A stretch of 64,000 bases of DNA. It comes from Eledone cirrhosa (Eukaryota). The translations under genes and the position numbers were made by a program. The first letter of the stretch is position 1. The number at the start of each line of letters is the position of its first letter. The DNA is taken from positions 3,534,001 to 3,598,000 of the forward strand of contig OZ024760.1 in the NCBI GenBank assembly GCA_964016885.1. The letters are read 5' to 3'. Of the stretch, positions 1-18,000 are shown one piece after another. The notes beneath the pieces were generated by a model that ran no database searches, was not told the DNA's origin, and worked only from the letters and a program-made list of their open reading frames with translations.

Positions 1-3000
1 CCATCAGCTCCACCACGGACAATACCATCAGCTCCACCACAGACACTACCATCAGCACCACCATCTCCACTACCATCAGCACCACCACAGACACTACAAT
101 CAGCACCACCATAGACACAACCATCAGCTCCACCACAGACACTACCATCAGCACCACCACGGACACTACCACCATCTCCACCACAGACACTACCATCAGC
201 ACCACCACGGACACTACCAGCAGCTCCACCACGGACACTACCATCAGCTCCACCACGGACACTACCACCATCTCCACCACATACACTACAATCAGCTCCA
301 CCACAGACACTACCATCAGCTCCACCGCAGACACTACCATCAGCTCCACCACAGACACTACCATCAGCTCCACCACAGACACTACCATCAGCTCCACCAC
401 AGACACTACCATCAGCACCACCACGGACACTACCACCATCTCCACCACATACACTACAATCAGCTCCACCACAGACACTACCATCAGCTCCACCACAGAC
501 ACTACCATCAGCTCCACCACAGACACTACCATCAGCTCCACCACAGACACTACCATCAGCTCCACCACAGACACTACCATCAGCTCCACCACAGACACTA
601 CCATCATCTCCACCACAGACACTACCATCATCTCCACCACGGACACTACCATCAGCTCCACCACGGACACTACCATCAGCTCCACCACGGACACTACCAT
701 CAGCACCACCACAGACACTACCATCAGCTCCACCACAGACACTACCATCAGCTCCACCACAGACACTACCATCAGCACCACCACAGACACTACCATCAGC
801 TCCACCACAGACACTACCATCAGCTCCACCACAGACACTACCATCAGCTCCACCACAGACACTACCATCAGCACCACCACAGACATTACCATCAGCACCA
901 CCACAGACACTACCATCAGCACCACCACAGACACTACCATCAGCACCACCACAGACACTACCATCAGCACCACCACAGACACTACCATCAGCACCACCAC
1001 AGACACTACCATCAGCACCACCACAGTCACTACCACCAGCTCCACCACAGATACTACCATCAGCTCCACCACAGACACTACCATCAGCTCCACCACAAAC
1101 ACTACCATCTGCTCCACCACGGACACTACCATCAGCATCACCACAGACACTAGCATCAGCTCCACCACAGACACTACCACCATCTCCACCACGGACACTA
1201 CCATCAGCACCACCACGGACACTACCATCAGCACCACCACGGACACTACCATCAGCACCACCATCTCCACTACCATCAGCACCACCATAGACACAACCAT
1301 CACATCCACCACAGACACTACTATCAGCTCCACCACAGACACTACCACCATCTCCACCACAGACAATACCATCAGCACCACCACAGACACTACCATCAGC
1401 TCCACCACTGACACTACCATCAGCACCACCACAGACACTACCATCAGCACCACCACAGACACTACCATCACCACTACCATCAGCTCCACCACAGACAATA
1501 CCATCAGCACCACCACAGACACTACCATCAGCACCACCACGGACACTACCATCAGCTCCACCACAGACACTACCATCAGCACCACCACAGACGCTACCAT
1601 CAGCACCACCACAGACACTACCATCAGCACCACCACGGACACTACCATCAGCTCCACCACAGACACTACCATCAGCTCCACCACAGACACTACCATCAGC
1701 TCCACCACAGACACTACCATCAGCTCCACCACACACACTACCATCAGCACCACCACGGACACTACCATCAGCTCCACCACAGACACTACCATCAGCTCCA
1801 CCACAGACACTACCATCAGCACCACCACAGACACTACCTTCAGCTCCACCACAGACACTACCATTAGCTCCACCACAGACACTACCATCAGCACCACCAC
1901 AGACACTACCATCAGCTCAACCACAGACACTACCATCAGCACCACCACAGACACTACCTTCAGCACCACCACAGACACTACCATCAGCACCACCACAGAC
2001 ACTACCATCAGCTCCACCACAGACACTACCATCAGCACCACCACGGACACTACCATCAGCTCCACCACAGACACTACCATTAGCTCCACCACAGACACTA
2101 CCATCAGCACCACCACAGACACTACCATCAGCTCCACCACAGACACTACCATCAGCTCCACCACAGACACTACCATCAGCTCCACCACAGACACTACCAT
2201 CAGCACCACCACAGACACTACCATCAGCTCCACCACAGACACTACCATCACCACCACCACGCACACTACCGTCAGCTCCACCACAGGCACTACCATCAGC
2301 ACCACCACAAACACTACCATCAACTCCACCACAGACACTACAATCAGCACCACCACAGAGACTACCATCAGCACCACCACAGACACTACCATCAGCTCCA
2401 CCACAGACACTACCATCATCTCCACCACAGACACTACAATCAGCACCACCACAGAGACTACCATCAGCACCACCACAGACACTACCATCAGCTCCACCAC
2501 AGACACTACCATCAGCACCACCACAGACACTACCATCAGCTCCACCACAGACACTACCATCAGCTCCACCACAGACACTACCATCAGCACCACCACAGAC
2601 ACTACCATCAGCTCCACCACAGACACTACCATCAGCACCACCACAGACACTACCATCAGCTCCACCACAGACACTACCATCAGCTCCATTACAGACACTA
2701 CCATCAGCACCACCACAGACACTACCATCAGCACCACCACAGACACTACCATCAGCTCCACCACAGACACTACCATCAGCACCACCACAGACACTACCAT
2801 CAGCTCCACCACAGACACTACCATCAGCACCACCACAGACACTACCATCAGCTCCACCACAGACACTACCATCAGCTCCACCACAGACACTACCATCAGC
2901 ACCACCACAGACACTACCATCAGCACCACCACAGACACTACCATCAGCACCACCACAGACACTACCATCAGCTCCACCACAGACACTAGCATCAGCTCCA

Positions 3001-6000
3001 CCACAGACACTACCACCATCTCCACCACGGACACTACCATCAGCTCCACCACAGACACTACCATCAGCACCACCACGGACACTACCATCAGCACCACCAT
3101 CTCCACTACCATCAGCACCACCATAGACACAACCATCACATCCACCACAGACACTGCCATCAGCTCCACCACAGACACTACCACCATCTCCACCACAGAC
3201 AATACCATCAGCACCACCACAGACACTACCATCAGCTCCACCACTGACACTACCATCAGCACCACCACAGACACTACAATCAGCTCCACCACAGAAAATA
3301 CCATCAGCACCACCACAGACACTACCATCAGCTCCACCACTGACACTACCATCAGCACCACCACAGACACTACCATTAGCTCCACCAGAGACACTACCAT
3401 CAGCACCACCACAGACACTACCATCACCACCACCACACACACTACCGTCAGCTCCACCACAGACACTACCGTCAGCTCCACCACAGACACTACCATCAGC
3501 ACCACCACGGACACTACCATCAGCTCCACCACAGACAATACCATCAGCACCACCACAGACACCACCATCAGCACCACCACGGACACTACAATCAGCTCCA
3601 CCACAGACAATACCATCAGCACCACCACAGACACCACCATCAGCACCACCACGGACACTACCATCAGCTCCACCACAGACACTACCATCAGCACCACCAC
3701 AGACACTACCATCAGCACCACCACGGACACTACCATCAGCTCCACCACAGACACTACCATCAGCTCCACCACAGACACTACCATCAGCTCCACCACAGAC
3801 ACTACCATCAGCTCCACCACACACACTACCATCAGCACCACCACGGACACTACCATCAGCTCCACCACAGACACTACCATCAGCACCACCACAGACACTA
3901 CCTTCAGCTCCACCACAGACACTACCATTAGCTCCACCACAGACACTACCATCAGCACCACCACAGACACTACCATCAGCTCAACCACAGACACTACCAT
4001 CAGCACCACCACAGACACTACCTTCAGCACCACCACAGACACTACCATCAGCACCACCACAGACACTACCATCAGCTCCACCACAGACACTACCATTAGC
4101 ACCACCACGGACACTACCATCAGCTCCACCACAGACATTACCATCAGCTCCACCACAGACACTACCATCAGCTCCACCACAGACACTACCATCAGCTCCA
4201 CCACAGACACTACCATCAGCACCACCACAGACACTACCATCAGCACCACCACAGACACTACCATCAGCACCACCACAGACACTACCATCAGCTCCACCAC
4301 AGACACTACCATCAGCTCCACCACAGACACTACCATCAGCACCAGCACAGACACTACCATCAGCACCACCACAGACACTACCATCAGCTCCACCACAGAC
4401 ACTACCATCAGCACCACCACAGACACTACCATCAGCACCACCACAGACACTACCATCAGCACCACCACAAACACTACCATCAACTCCACCACAGACACTA
4501 CAATCAGCACCACCACAGAGACTACCATCAGCACCACCACAGACACTACCATCAGCACCACCACAGACACTACCATCAGCTCCACCACAGACACTACCAT
4601 CAGCTCCACCACAGACACTACCATCATCTCCACCACAGACACTACCATCATCTCCACCACAGACACTACCATCAGCTCCACCACAGACACTACCACCAGC
4701 ACCACCACAGACACTACCATCAGCACCACCACAGACACTACCATCATCTCCACCACAGACACTACCATCATCTCCACCACAGACACTACCATCAGCTCCA
4801 CCACAGACACTACCATCATCTCCACCACAGACACTACCATCAGCTCCACCACAGACACTACCATCAGCTCCACCACAGACACTACCATCAGCACCACCAC
4901 AGACACTACCATCAGCTCCACCACAGACACTACCATCAGCTCCACCACAGACACTACCATCACCACCACCACACACACTACCGTCAGCTCCACCACAGAC
5001 ACTACCATTAGCACCACCACAGACACTACCATCAGCACCACCACAGACACTACCGTCAGCTCCACCACAGACACTACCATCAGCACCACCACAGACACTA
5101 CCATCAGCACCACCACAGACACTACCATCAGCTCCACCACAGACACTACCATCAGCTCCACCACAGACACTACCATCAGCTCCACCACAGACACTACCAT
5201 CAGCTCCACCGCAGACACTACCATCAGCACCACCACAGACACTACCATCAGCTCCACCACAGAGACTACCATCAGCACCACCACAGGCACTACCATCAGC
5301 TCCACCACAGGCACTACCATCAGCTCCACCACAGACACTACCATCACCACCACCACACACACTACCATCTGCACAACCACAGACACTACCATCAGCTCCA
5401 CCACAGACACTACCATCAGCTCCACCACAGACACTACCATCAGCACCACCACAGACACTACCATCAGCACCACCACAGACACTACCATCAGCTCCACCAC
5501 AGACACTACCATCAGCACCACCACAGACACTACCATCAGCTCCACCACAGACACTACCATCAGCTCCACCACGGACAATACTATCAGCTCCACCACGGAC
5601 AATACCATCAGCTCCACCACAGACACTACCATCAGCTCCACCACAGATACTACCACCAGCACCACCATAGACAATACCATCAGCACCAGCACAGACACTA
5701 CCATCAGCACCACCACAGACACTACCATCAGCACCACCACAGACACTACCATCAGCACCACCACAGACACTACCATCAGCACCACCACAGACACTACCAT
5801 CAGCTCCACCACGGACACTACCATCAGCTCCACCACAGATACTACCACCAGCACCACCATAGACAATACCATCAGCACCACCACAGACACTACCATCAGC
5901 ACCACCACAGACACTACCATCAGCACCACCACAGACACTACCATCAGCACCACCACAGACACTACCATCAGCACCACCACAGACACTACCATCAGCTCCA

Positions 6001-9000
6001 CCACAGACACTACCATCAGCTCCACCACGGACACTACCATCAGCTCAACCACAGACACTACCATCAGCTCCACCACAGATACTACCACCAGCACCACCAT
6101 AGACAATACCATCAGCACCACCACAGACACTACCATCAGCAACACCACAGACACTACCATCAGCTCCACCACAGACACTATCATCAGCACCACCACGGAC
6201 ACTACCATCAGCTCCACCATCTCCACTACCATCAGCACCACCACAGACACTACCATCAGCACCACCACAGACACTACCATCAGCTCCACCACAGACACTA
6301 CCATCAGCTCCACCACAGACACTACCATCAGCACCACCACAGACACTACCATCATCTCCACCACAGACACTACCATCAGCTCCACCACAGACACTACCAT
6401 CAGCTCCACCACAGACACTACCATCAGCACCACCACAGAGACTACCATCAGCACCACCACAGACACTACCATCAGCTCCACCACAGACACTACCATCAGC
6501 ACCACCACAGACACTACAATCAGCACCACCACAGACACTACCATCAGCACCACCACAGACACTACAATCAGCTCCACCACAGACAATACCATCAGCACCA
6601 CCACAGACACTACCATCAGCACCACCACGGACACTACCATCAGCTCCACCACAGACAATACCATCAGCACCACCACAGACACCACCATCAGCACCACCAC
6701 GGACACTACAATCAGCTCCACCACAGACAATACCATCAGCACCACCACAGACACCACCATCAGCACCACCACGGACACTACCATCAGCTCCACCACAGAC
6801 ACTACCATCAGCACCACCACAGACACTACCATCAGCACCACCACGGACACTACCATCAGCTCCACCACAGACACTACCATCAGCTCCACCACAGACACTA
6901 CCATCAGCTCCACCACAGACACTACCATCAGCTCCACCACACACACTACCATCAGCACCACCACGGACACTACCATCAGCTCCACCACAGACACTACCAT
7001 CAGCACCACTACAGACACTACCTTCAGCTCCACCACAGACACTACCATTAGCTCCACCACAGACACTACCATCAGCACCACCACAGACACTACCATCAGC
7101 TCAACCACAGACACTACCATCAGCACCACCACAGACACTACCTTCAGCACCACCACAGACACTACCATCAGCACCACCACAGACACTACCATCAGCTCCA
7201 CCACAGACACTACCATCAGCACCACCACGGACACTACCATCAGCTCCACCACAGACATTACCATCAGCTCCACCACAGACACTACCATCAGCTCCACCAC
7301 AGACACTACCATCAGCTCCACCACAGACACTACCATCAGCACCACCACAGACACTACCATCAGCTCCACCACAGACACTACCATCACCACCACCACACAC
7401 ACTACCGTCAGCTCCACCACAGACACCACCGTCAGCTCCACCACAGACACTACCATCAGCACCACCACAGACACTACCATCAGCACCACCACAGACACTA
7501 CCATCAGCACCACCACAGACACTACCATCAGCTCCACCACAGACACTACCATCAGCTCCACCACAGACACTACCATCAGCACCACCACAGACACTACCAT
7601 CAGCACCACCACAGACACCACCATCAGCACCACCACAGACACTACCATCAGCTCCACCACGGACGCTACCATCAGCTCCACCACAGACACTACCATCAGC
7701 ACCACCACAGACACTACCATCAGCTCCACCACAGACACTACCACCATCTCCACCACAGACACTACCACCAGCACCACCACAGACACTACCATCAGCACCA
7801 CCACAGACACTACCATCAGCTCCACCACAGACACTACCATCAGCACCACCACAGACACTACCATCAGCACCACCACAAACACTACCATCAACTCCACCAC
7901 AGACACTACAATCAGCACCACCACAGAGACTACCATCAGCACCACCACAGACACTACCATCAGCTCCACCACAGACACTACCATCAGCACCACCACAGAC
8001 ACTACCATCAGCACCACCACAGACACTACCATCAGCACCACCACAAACACTACCATCAACTCCACCACAGACACTACAATCAGCACCACCACAGAGACTA
8101 CCATCAGCTCCACCACGGACACTACCATCAGCTCCACCACAGATACTACCACCAGCACCACCATAGACAATACCATCAGCACCACCACAGACACTACCAT
8201 CAGCACCACCACAGACACTACCATCAGCACCACCACAGACACTACCATCAGCACCACCACAGACACTACCATCAGCACCACCACAGACACTACCATCAGC
8301 TCCACCACAGACACTACCATCAGCTCCACCACGGACACTACCATCAGCTCAACCACAGACACTACCATCAGCTCCACCACAGATACTACCACCAGCACCA
8401 CCATAGACAATACCATCAGCACCACCACAGACACTACCATCAGCAACACCACAGACACTACCATCAGCTCCACCACAGACACTATCATCAGCACCACCAC
8501 GGACACTACCATCAGCTCCACCATCTCCACTACCATCAGCACCACCACAGACACTACCATCAGCACCACCACAGACACTACCATCAGCTCCACCACAGAC
8601 ACTACCATCAGCTCCACCACAGACACTACCATCAGCACCACCACAGACACTACCATCATCTCCACCACAGACACTACCATCAGCTCCACCACAGACACTA
8701 CCATCAGCTCCACCACAGACACTACCATCAGCACCACCACAGAGACTACCATCAGCACCACCACAGACACTACCATCAGCTCCACCACAGACACTACCAT
8801 CAGCACCACCACAGACACTACAATCAGCACCACCACAGACACTACCATCAGCACCACCACAGACACTACAATCAGCTCCACCACAGACAATACCATCAGC
8901 ACCACCACAGACACTACCATCAGCACCACCACGGACACTACCATCAGCTCCACCACAGACAATACCATCAGCACCACCACAGACACCACCATCAGCACCA

Positions 9001-12000
9001 CCACGGACACTACAATCAGCTCCACCACAGACAATACCATCAGCACCACCACAGACACCACCATCAGCACCACCACGGACACTACCATCAGCTCCACCAC
9101 AGACACTACCATCAGCACCACCACAGACACTACCATCAGCACCACCACGGACACTACCATCAGCTCCACCACAGACACTACCATCAGCTCCACCACAGAC
9201 ACTACCATCAGCTCCACCACAGACACTACCATCAGCTCCACCACACACACTACCATCAGCACCACCACGGACACTACCATCAGCTCCACCACAGACACTA
9301 CCATCAGCACCACTACAGACACTACCTTCAGCTCCACCACAGACACTACCATTAGCTCCACCACAGACACTACCATCAGCACCACCACAGACACTACCAT
9401 CAGCTCAACCACAGACACTACCATCAGCACCACCACAGACACTACCTTCAGCACCACCACAGACACTACCATCAGCACCACCACAGACACTACCATCAGC
9501 TCCACCACAGACACTACCATCAGCACCACCACGGACACTACCATCAGCTCCACCACAGACATTACCATCAGCTCCACCACAGACACTACCATCAGCTCCA
9601 CCACAGACACTACCATCAGCTCCACCACAGACACTACCATCAGCACCACCACAGACACTACCATCAGCTCCACCACAGACACTACCATCACCACCACCAC
9701 ACACACTACCGTCAGCTCCACCACAGACACCACCGTCAGCTCCACCACAGACACTACCATCAGCACCACCACAGACACTACCATCAGCACCACCACAGAC
9801 ACTACCATCAGCACCACCACAGACACTACCATCAGCTCCACCACAGACACTACCATCAGCTCCACCACAGACACTACCATCAGCACCACCACAGACACTA
9901 CCATCAGCACCACCACAGACACCACCATCAGCACCACCACAGACACTACCATCAGCTCCACCACGGACGCTACCATCAGCTCCACCACAGACACTACCAT
10001 CAGCACCACCACAGACACTACCATCAGCTCCACCACAGACACTACCACCATCTCCACCACAGACACTACCACCAGCACCACCACAGACACTACCATCAGC
10101 ACCACCACAGACACTACCATCAGCTCCACCACAGACACTACCATCAGCACCACCACAGACACTACCATCAGCACCACCACAGACACTACCATCAGCACCA
10201 CCACAAACACTACCATCAACTCCACCACAGACACTACAATCAGCACCACCACAGAGACTACCATCAGCACCACCACAGACACTACCATCAGCTCCACCAC
10301 AGACACTACCATCAGCACCACCACAGACACTACCATCAGCTCCACCACAGACACTACCATCATCTCCACCACAGACACTACCATCAGCTCCACCACAGAC
10401 ACTACCATCATCTCCACCACAGACACTACCATCAGCTCCACCACAGACACTGCCATCAGCTCCACCACGGACACTACCATCAGCTCAACCACAGACACTA
10501 CCATCAGCTCCACCACAGATACTACCACCAGCACCACCATAGACAATACCATCAGCTCCACCACAGACACTACCATCAGCACCACCACAGACACTACCAT
10601 CAGCTCCACCACAGACACTACCATCAGCACCACCACAGGCACTACCATCAGCTCCACCACAGGCACTACCATCAGCTCCACCACAGACACTACCATCACC
10701 ACCACCACACACACTACCATCTGCACAACCACAGACACTACCATCAGCACCACCACAGACACTACCATCAGCTCCACCACAGACACTACCATCAGCACCA
10801 CCACAGACACTACCATCAGCACCACCACAGACACTACCATCAGCTCCACCACAGACACTACCATCAGCACCACCACAGACACTACCATCAGCTCCACCAC
10901 AGACACTACCATCAGCTCCACCACGGACAATACTATCAGCTCCACCACGGACAATACCATCAGCTCCACCACAGACACTACCATCAGCACCACCACAGAC
11001 ACTACCATCAGCACCACCACAGACACTACCATCAGCACCAGCACAGACACTACCATCAGCACCACCATAGACACTACCATCACCACCACCACGGACACTA
11101 CCATCAGCTCCACCACAGATACTACCACCAGCACCACCACAGACACTACCATCAGCACCACCACAGACACTACCATCAGCACCACCACAGACACTACCAT
11201 CAGCACCACCACAGACACTACCATCAGCACCAGCACAGACAATACCATCAGCACCACCACAGACACTACCATCAGCACCACCACAGACACTACCATCAGC
11301 ACCACCACAGACACTACCATCAGCACCAGCACAGACACTACCATCAGCACCACCATAGACACTACCATCAGCACCACCACAGACACTACCATCAGCTCCA
11401 CCACGGACACTACCATCAGCTCCACCACAGATACTACCACCAGCACCACCACAAACACTACCATCAGCTCCACCACAGACACTACCATCAGCTCCACCAC
11501 AGACACTACCATCAGCACCACCACAGACACTACCATCAGCACCACCACAGACACTACCATCAGCTCCACCACAGACACTACCATCAGCTCCACCACAGAC
11601 ACTACCATCAGCTCCACCACGGACACTACCATCAGCTCAACCACAGACACTACCATCAGCTCCACCACAGATACTACCACCAGCACCACCATAGACAATA
11701 CCATCAGCACCACCACAGACACTACCATCAGCACCACCACAGACACTACCATCAGCACCACCACAGACACTACCATCAGCACCACCACAGACACTACCAT
11801 CAGCACCACCACAGACACTACCATCAGCTCCACCACAGACACTACCATCAGCTCCACCACGGACACTACCATCAGCTCAACCACAGACACTACCATCAGC
11901 TCCACCACAGATACTACCACCAGCACCACCATAGACAATACCATCAGCACCACCACAGACACTACCATCAGCACCACCACAGACACTACCATCAGCACCA

Positions 12001-15000
12001 CCACAGACAGTACCATCAGCTCCACCACAGACACTACCATCAGCACCACCACAGATACTACCACCAGCACCACCATAGACACTACCATCAGCTCCACCAC
12101 AGACACTACCATCAGCACCACCACAGACACTACCATCAGCTCCACCACAGACACTATCATCAGCACCACCACGGACACTACCATCAGCTCCACCATCTCC
12201 ACTACCATCAGCACCACCACAGACACTACCATCAGCACCACCACAGACACTACCATCAGCTCCACCACAGACACTACCATCAGCTCCACCACAGACACTA
12301 CCATCAGCACCACCACAGACACTACCATCAGCTCCACCACAGACACTACCATCATCTCCACCACAGACACTACCATCAGCTCCAACACAGACACTACCAT
12401 CAGCACCACCACAGACACTACCATCAGCTTCACCACAGACACTACCATCATCTCCACCACAGACACTACCATTAGCTCCACCACAGACACAACCATCAGC
12501 ACCACCACAGACACTACCATCAGCACCACCACGGACACTACCATCAGCTCCACCACAGACACTACCATCAGCACCACCACAGACACTACCATCAGCTCCA
12601 CCACAGACACTACCATCAGCACCACCACAGAGACTACCATCAGCACCACCACAGACACTACCATCAGCTCCACCACAGACACTACCATCAGCACCACCAC
12701 AGACACTACAATCAGCACCACCACAGACACTACCATCAGCTCCACCACAGACACTACCATCAACTCCACCACAGACACTACCATCAGCACCACCACAGAC
12801 ACTACCATCAGCACCACCACAGACACTACCACCATCTCCATCACAGACACTACCATCAGCTCCACCACAGACACTACCACCATCTCCATCACAGACACTA
12901 CCACCATCTCCATCACAGACACTACCATCAGCACCACCACAGACACTACCATCAGCACCACCACAGACACTACCACCATCTCCATCACAGACACTACCAC
13001 CATCTCCATCACAGACACTACCATCAGCACCACCACAGACACTACCATCAGCACCACCACAGACACTACCACCATCTCCATCACAGACACTACCACCATC
13101 TCCACCACAGACACTACCATCAGCACCAGCACAGACACTACCATCAGCTCCACCACAGACACTACTAACATCAGCACCACCACAGACACTACCATCAGCT
13201 CCACCACAGACACTACCATCAGCTCCACCACAGGCACTACCATCAGCTCCACCACAGACACTACCACCATCTCCACCACAGACACTACCATCAGCACCAC
13301 CACAGACACTACCACCATCTCCACCACAGACACTACCATCAGCACCAGCACAGACACTACCATCAGCTCCACCACAGACACTACCACCAGCTACACCACA
13401 GACACTACCATCAGCACCACCACAGACACTACCATCAGCTCCACCACAGACACTACCATCAGCTCCACCACAGACACTACAATCAGCTCCACCACAGACA
13501 CTACCATCAGCTCCAACACGGACACAACCATCACCACCACCACACACACAACCATCAGCACCACCACAGACACTACCATCAGCACCACCACAGACACTAC
13601 CATCAGCACCACCACAGACACTACCATCAGCACCACCACAGACACTACCATCAGCACCACCACAGACACTACCATCACCACCACCACAGACACTACCATC
13701 TGCACAACCACAGACACTACCATCAGCTCCACCACAGACACTATCAGCAGCACCAATACGGACACTACCATCAGCTCCACCACAGACACTACCATCAGCA
13801 CCACCACAGACACTACCATCAGCACCACCACAGACACAACCATCACCACCACCACACACACTACCATCTGCACAACCACAGACACTACCATCACCTCCAC
13901 CACACACACAACCATCAGCACCACCACAGACACTACCATCAGCACCACCACAGACACTACCATCAGCTCCACCACAGACACTACCATCAACTCCACCACA
14001 GACACTACCATCAGCACCACCACAGACACTACCATCAGCTCCACCACAGACACTACCATCAGCACCACCACAGACACAACCATCAGCTCCACCACAGACA
14101 CTACCATCAGCACCACCACAGACACTACCATCAGCTCCACCACAGACACTACCATCAGCACCACCACAGACACAACCATCAGCTCCACCACAGACACTAC
14201 CATCAGCTCCACCACAGACACTACCATCAGCACCACCACAGACACTACCATCAGCACCACCACAGACACTACCATCAGCTCCACCACAGACACTACCATC
14301 AGCACCACCACAGACACTACATTCAGCACCACCACAGACACTACCATCAGCTCCACCACAGACACTACATTCAGCACCACCACAGACACTACCATCAGCA
14401 CCACCACAGACACTACCATCAGCTCCACCACAGACACTACAATCAGCACCACCACAGACACTACCATCAGCTCCACCACAGACACTACCATCAGCACCAC
14501 CACAGACACTACCATCAGCACCACCACAGACACTACCATCAGCACCACCACAGACACTACCATCAGCACCACCACAGACACTACCATCAGCACCACCACA
14601 GACACTACCATCAGCACCACCACAGACACTACCATCAGCTCCACCACGGACACTACCATCAGCTCCACCACAGATACTACCACCAGCACCACCACAAACA
14701 CTACCATCAGCTCCACCACAGACACTACCATCAGCTCCACCACAGACACTACCATCAGCACCACCACAGACACTACCATCAGCTCCACCACAGACACTAC
14801 CATCAGCTCCACCACGGACACTACCATCAGCTCAACCACAGACACTACCATCAGCTCCACCACAGATACTACCACCAGCACCACCATAGACAATACCATC
14901 AGCACCACCACAGACACTACCATCAGCACCACCACAGACACTACCATCAGCACCACCACAGACACTACCATCAGCACCACCACAGACACTACCATCAGCA

Positions 15001-18000
15001 CCACCACAGACACTACCATCAGCTCCACCACAGACACTACCATCAGCTCCACCACGGACACTACCATCAGCTCAACCACAGACACTACCATCAGCTCCAC
15101 CACAGATACTACCACCAGCACCACCATAGACAATACCATCAGCACCACCACAGACACTACCATCAGCACCACCACAGACACTACCATCAGCACCACCACA
15201 GACACTACCATCAGCTCCACCACAGACACTACCATCAGCTCCACCACAGATACTACCACCAGCACCACCATAGACAATACCATCAGCACCACCACAGACA
15301 CTACCATCAGCAACACCACAGACACTACCATCAGCTCCACCACAGACACTATCATCAGCACCACAACGGACACTACCATCAGCTCCACCATCTCCACTAC
15401 CATCAGCACCACCACAGACACTACCATCAGCACCACCACAGACACTACCATCAGCTCCACCACAGACACTACCATCAGCTCCACCACAGACACTACCATC
15501 AGCACCACCACAGACACTACCATCAGCTCCACCACAGACACTACCATCATCTCCACCACAGACACTACCATCAGCTCCAACACAGACACTACCATCAGCA
15601 CCACCACAGACACTACCATCAGCTTCACCACAGACACTACCATCATCTCCACCACAGACACTACCATTAGCTCCACCACAGACACAACCATCAGCACCAC
15701 CACGGACACTACCATCAGCTCCACCACAGACACTACCATTAGCTCCACCACAGACACAACCATCAGCACCACCACAGACACTACCATCAGCACCACCACA
15801 GACACTACAATCAGCACCACCACAGACACTACCATCAGCTCCACCACAGACACTACCATCAACTCCACCACAGACACTACCATCAGCACCACCACAGACA
15901 CTACCATCAGCACCACCACAGACACTACCACCATCTCCATCACAGACACTACCATCAGCTCCACCACAGACACTACCACCATCTCCATCACAGACACTAC
16001 CACCATCTCCATCACAGACACTACCATCAGCACCACCACAGACACTACCATCAGCACCACCACAGACACTACCATCAGCACCACCACAGACACTACCATC
16101 AGCACCACCACAGACACTACCACCATCTCCATCACAGACACTACCACCATCTCCATCACAGACACTACCATCAGCACCACCACAGACACTACCATCAGCA
16201 CCACCACAGACACTACCACCATCTCCATCACAGACACTACCACCATCTCCACCACAGACACTACCATCAGCACCAGCACAGACACTACCATCAGCTCCAC
16301 CACAGACACTACTAACATCAGCACCACCACAGACACTACCATCAGCTCCACATAAAGACACTACCATCAGCTCCACCACAGGCACTACCATCAGCTCCAC
16401 CACAGACACTACCACCATCTCCACCACAGACACTACCATCAGCACCACCACAGACACTACCACCATCTCCACCACAGACACTACCATCAGCACCAGCACA
16501 GACACTACCATCAGCTCCACCACAGACACTACCACCAGCTACACCACAGACACTACCATCAGCACCACCACAGACACTACCATCAGCACCACCACAGACA
16601 CTACCACCAGCTACACCACAGACACTACCATCAGCACCACCACAGACACTACCATCAGCTCCACCACAGACACTACCATCAGCTCCACCACAGACACTAC
16701 CATCAGCTCCACCACAGACACTACAATCAGCTCCACCACAGACACTACCATCAGCTCCAACACGGACACAACCATCACCACCACCACACACACAACCATC
16801 AGCACCACCACAGACACTACCATCAGCACCACCACAGACACTACCATCAGCACCACCACAGACACTACCATCAGCACCACCACAGACACTACCATCAGCA
16901 CCACCACAGACACTACCATCACCACCACCACAGACACTACCATCTGCACAACCACAGACACTACCATCAGCTCCACCACAGACACTATCAGCAGCACCAA
17001 TACGGACACTACCATCAGCTCCACCACAGACACTACCATCAGCACCACCACAGACACTACCATCAGCACCACCACAGACACTACCATCACCACCACCACA
17101 CACACTACCATCTGCACAACCACAGACACTACCATCACCACCACCACACACACAACCATCAGCACCACCACAGACACTACCATCAGCACCACCACAGACA
17201 CTACCATCAGCACCACCACAGACACTACCATCAGCTCCACCACAGACACTACCATCAACTCCACCACAGACACTACCATCAGCACCACCACAGACACTAC
17301 CATCAGCTCCACCACAGACACTACCATCAGCACCACCACAGACACAACCATCAGCTCCACCACAGACACTACCATCAGCACCACCACAGACACTACCATC
17401 AGCTCCACCACAGACACTACCATCAGCACCACCACAGACACAACCATCAGCTCCACCACAGACACTACCATCAGCTCCACCACAGACACTACCATCAGCA
17501 CCACCACAGACACTACCATCAGCACCACCACAGACACTACCATCAGCTCCACCACAGACACTACCATCAGCACCACCACAGACACTACATTCAGCACCAC
17601 CACAGACACTACCATCAGCTCCACCACAGACACTACATTCAGCACCACCACAGACACTACCATCAGCACCACCACAGACACTACCATCAGCTCCACCACA
17701 GACACTACAATCAGCACCACCACAGACACTACCATCAGCTCCACCACAGACACTACCATCAGCTCCACCACAGACACTACCATCAGCACCACCACAGACA
17801 CTACCATCAGCACCACCACAGACACTACCATCAGCTCCACCACAGACACTACCATCAGCTCCACCACAGACACTACCATCAGCTCCACCACAGACACTAC
17901 ATTCAGCACCACCACAGACACTACCATCAGCTCCACTACAGACACTACCATCAGCTCCACCACAGACACTACCATCAGCACCACCACGGACAATACCATC

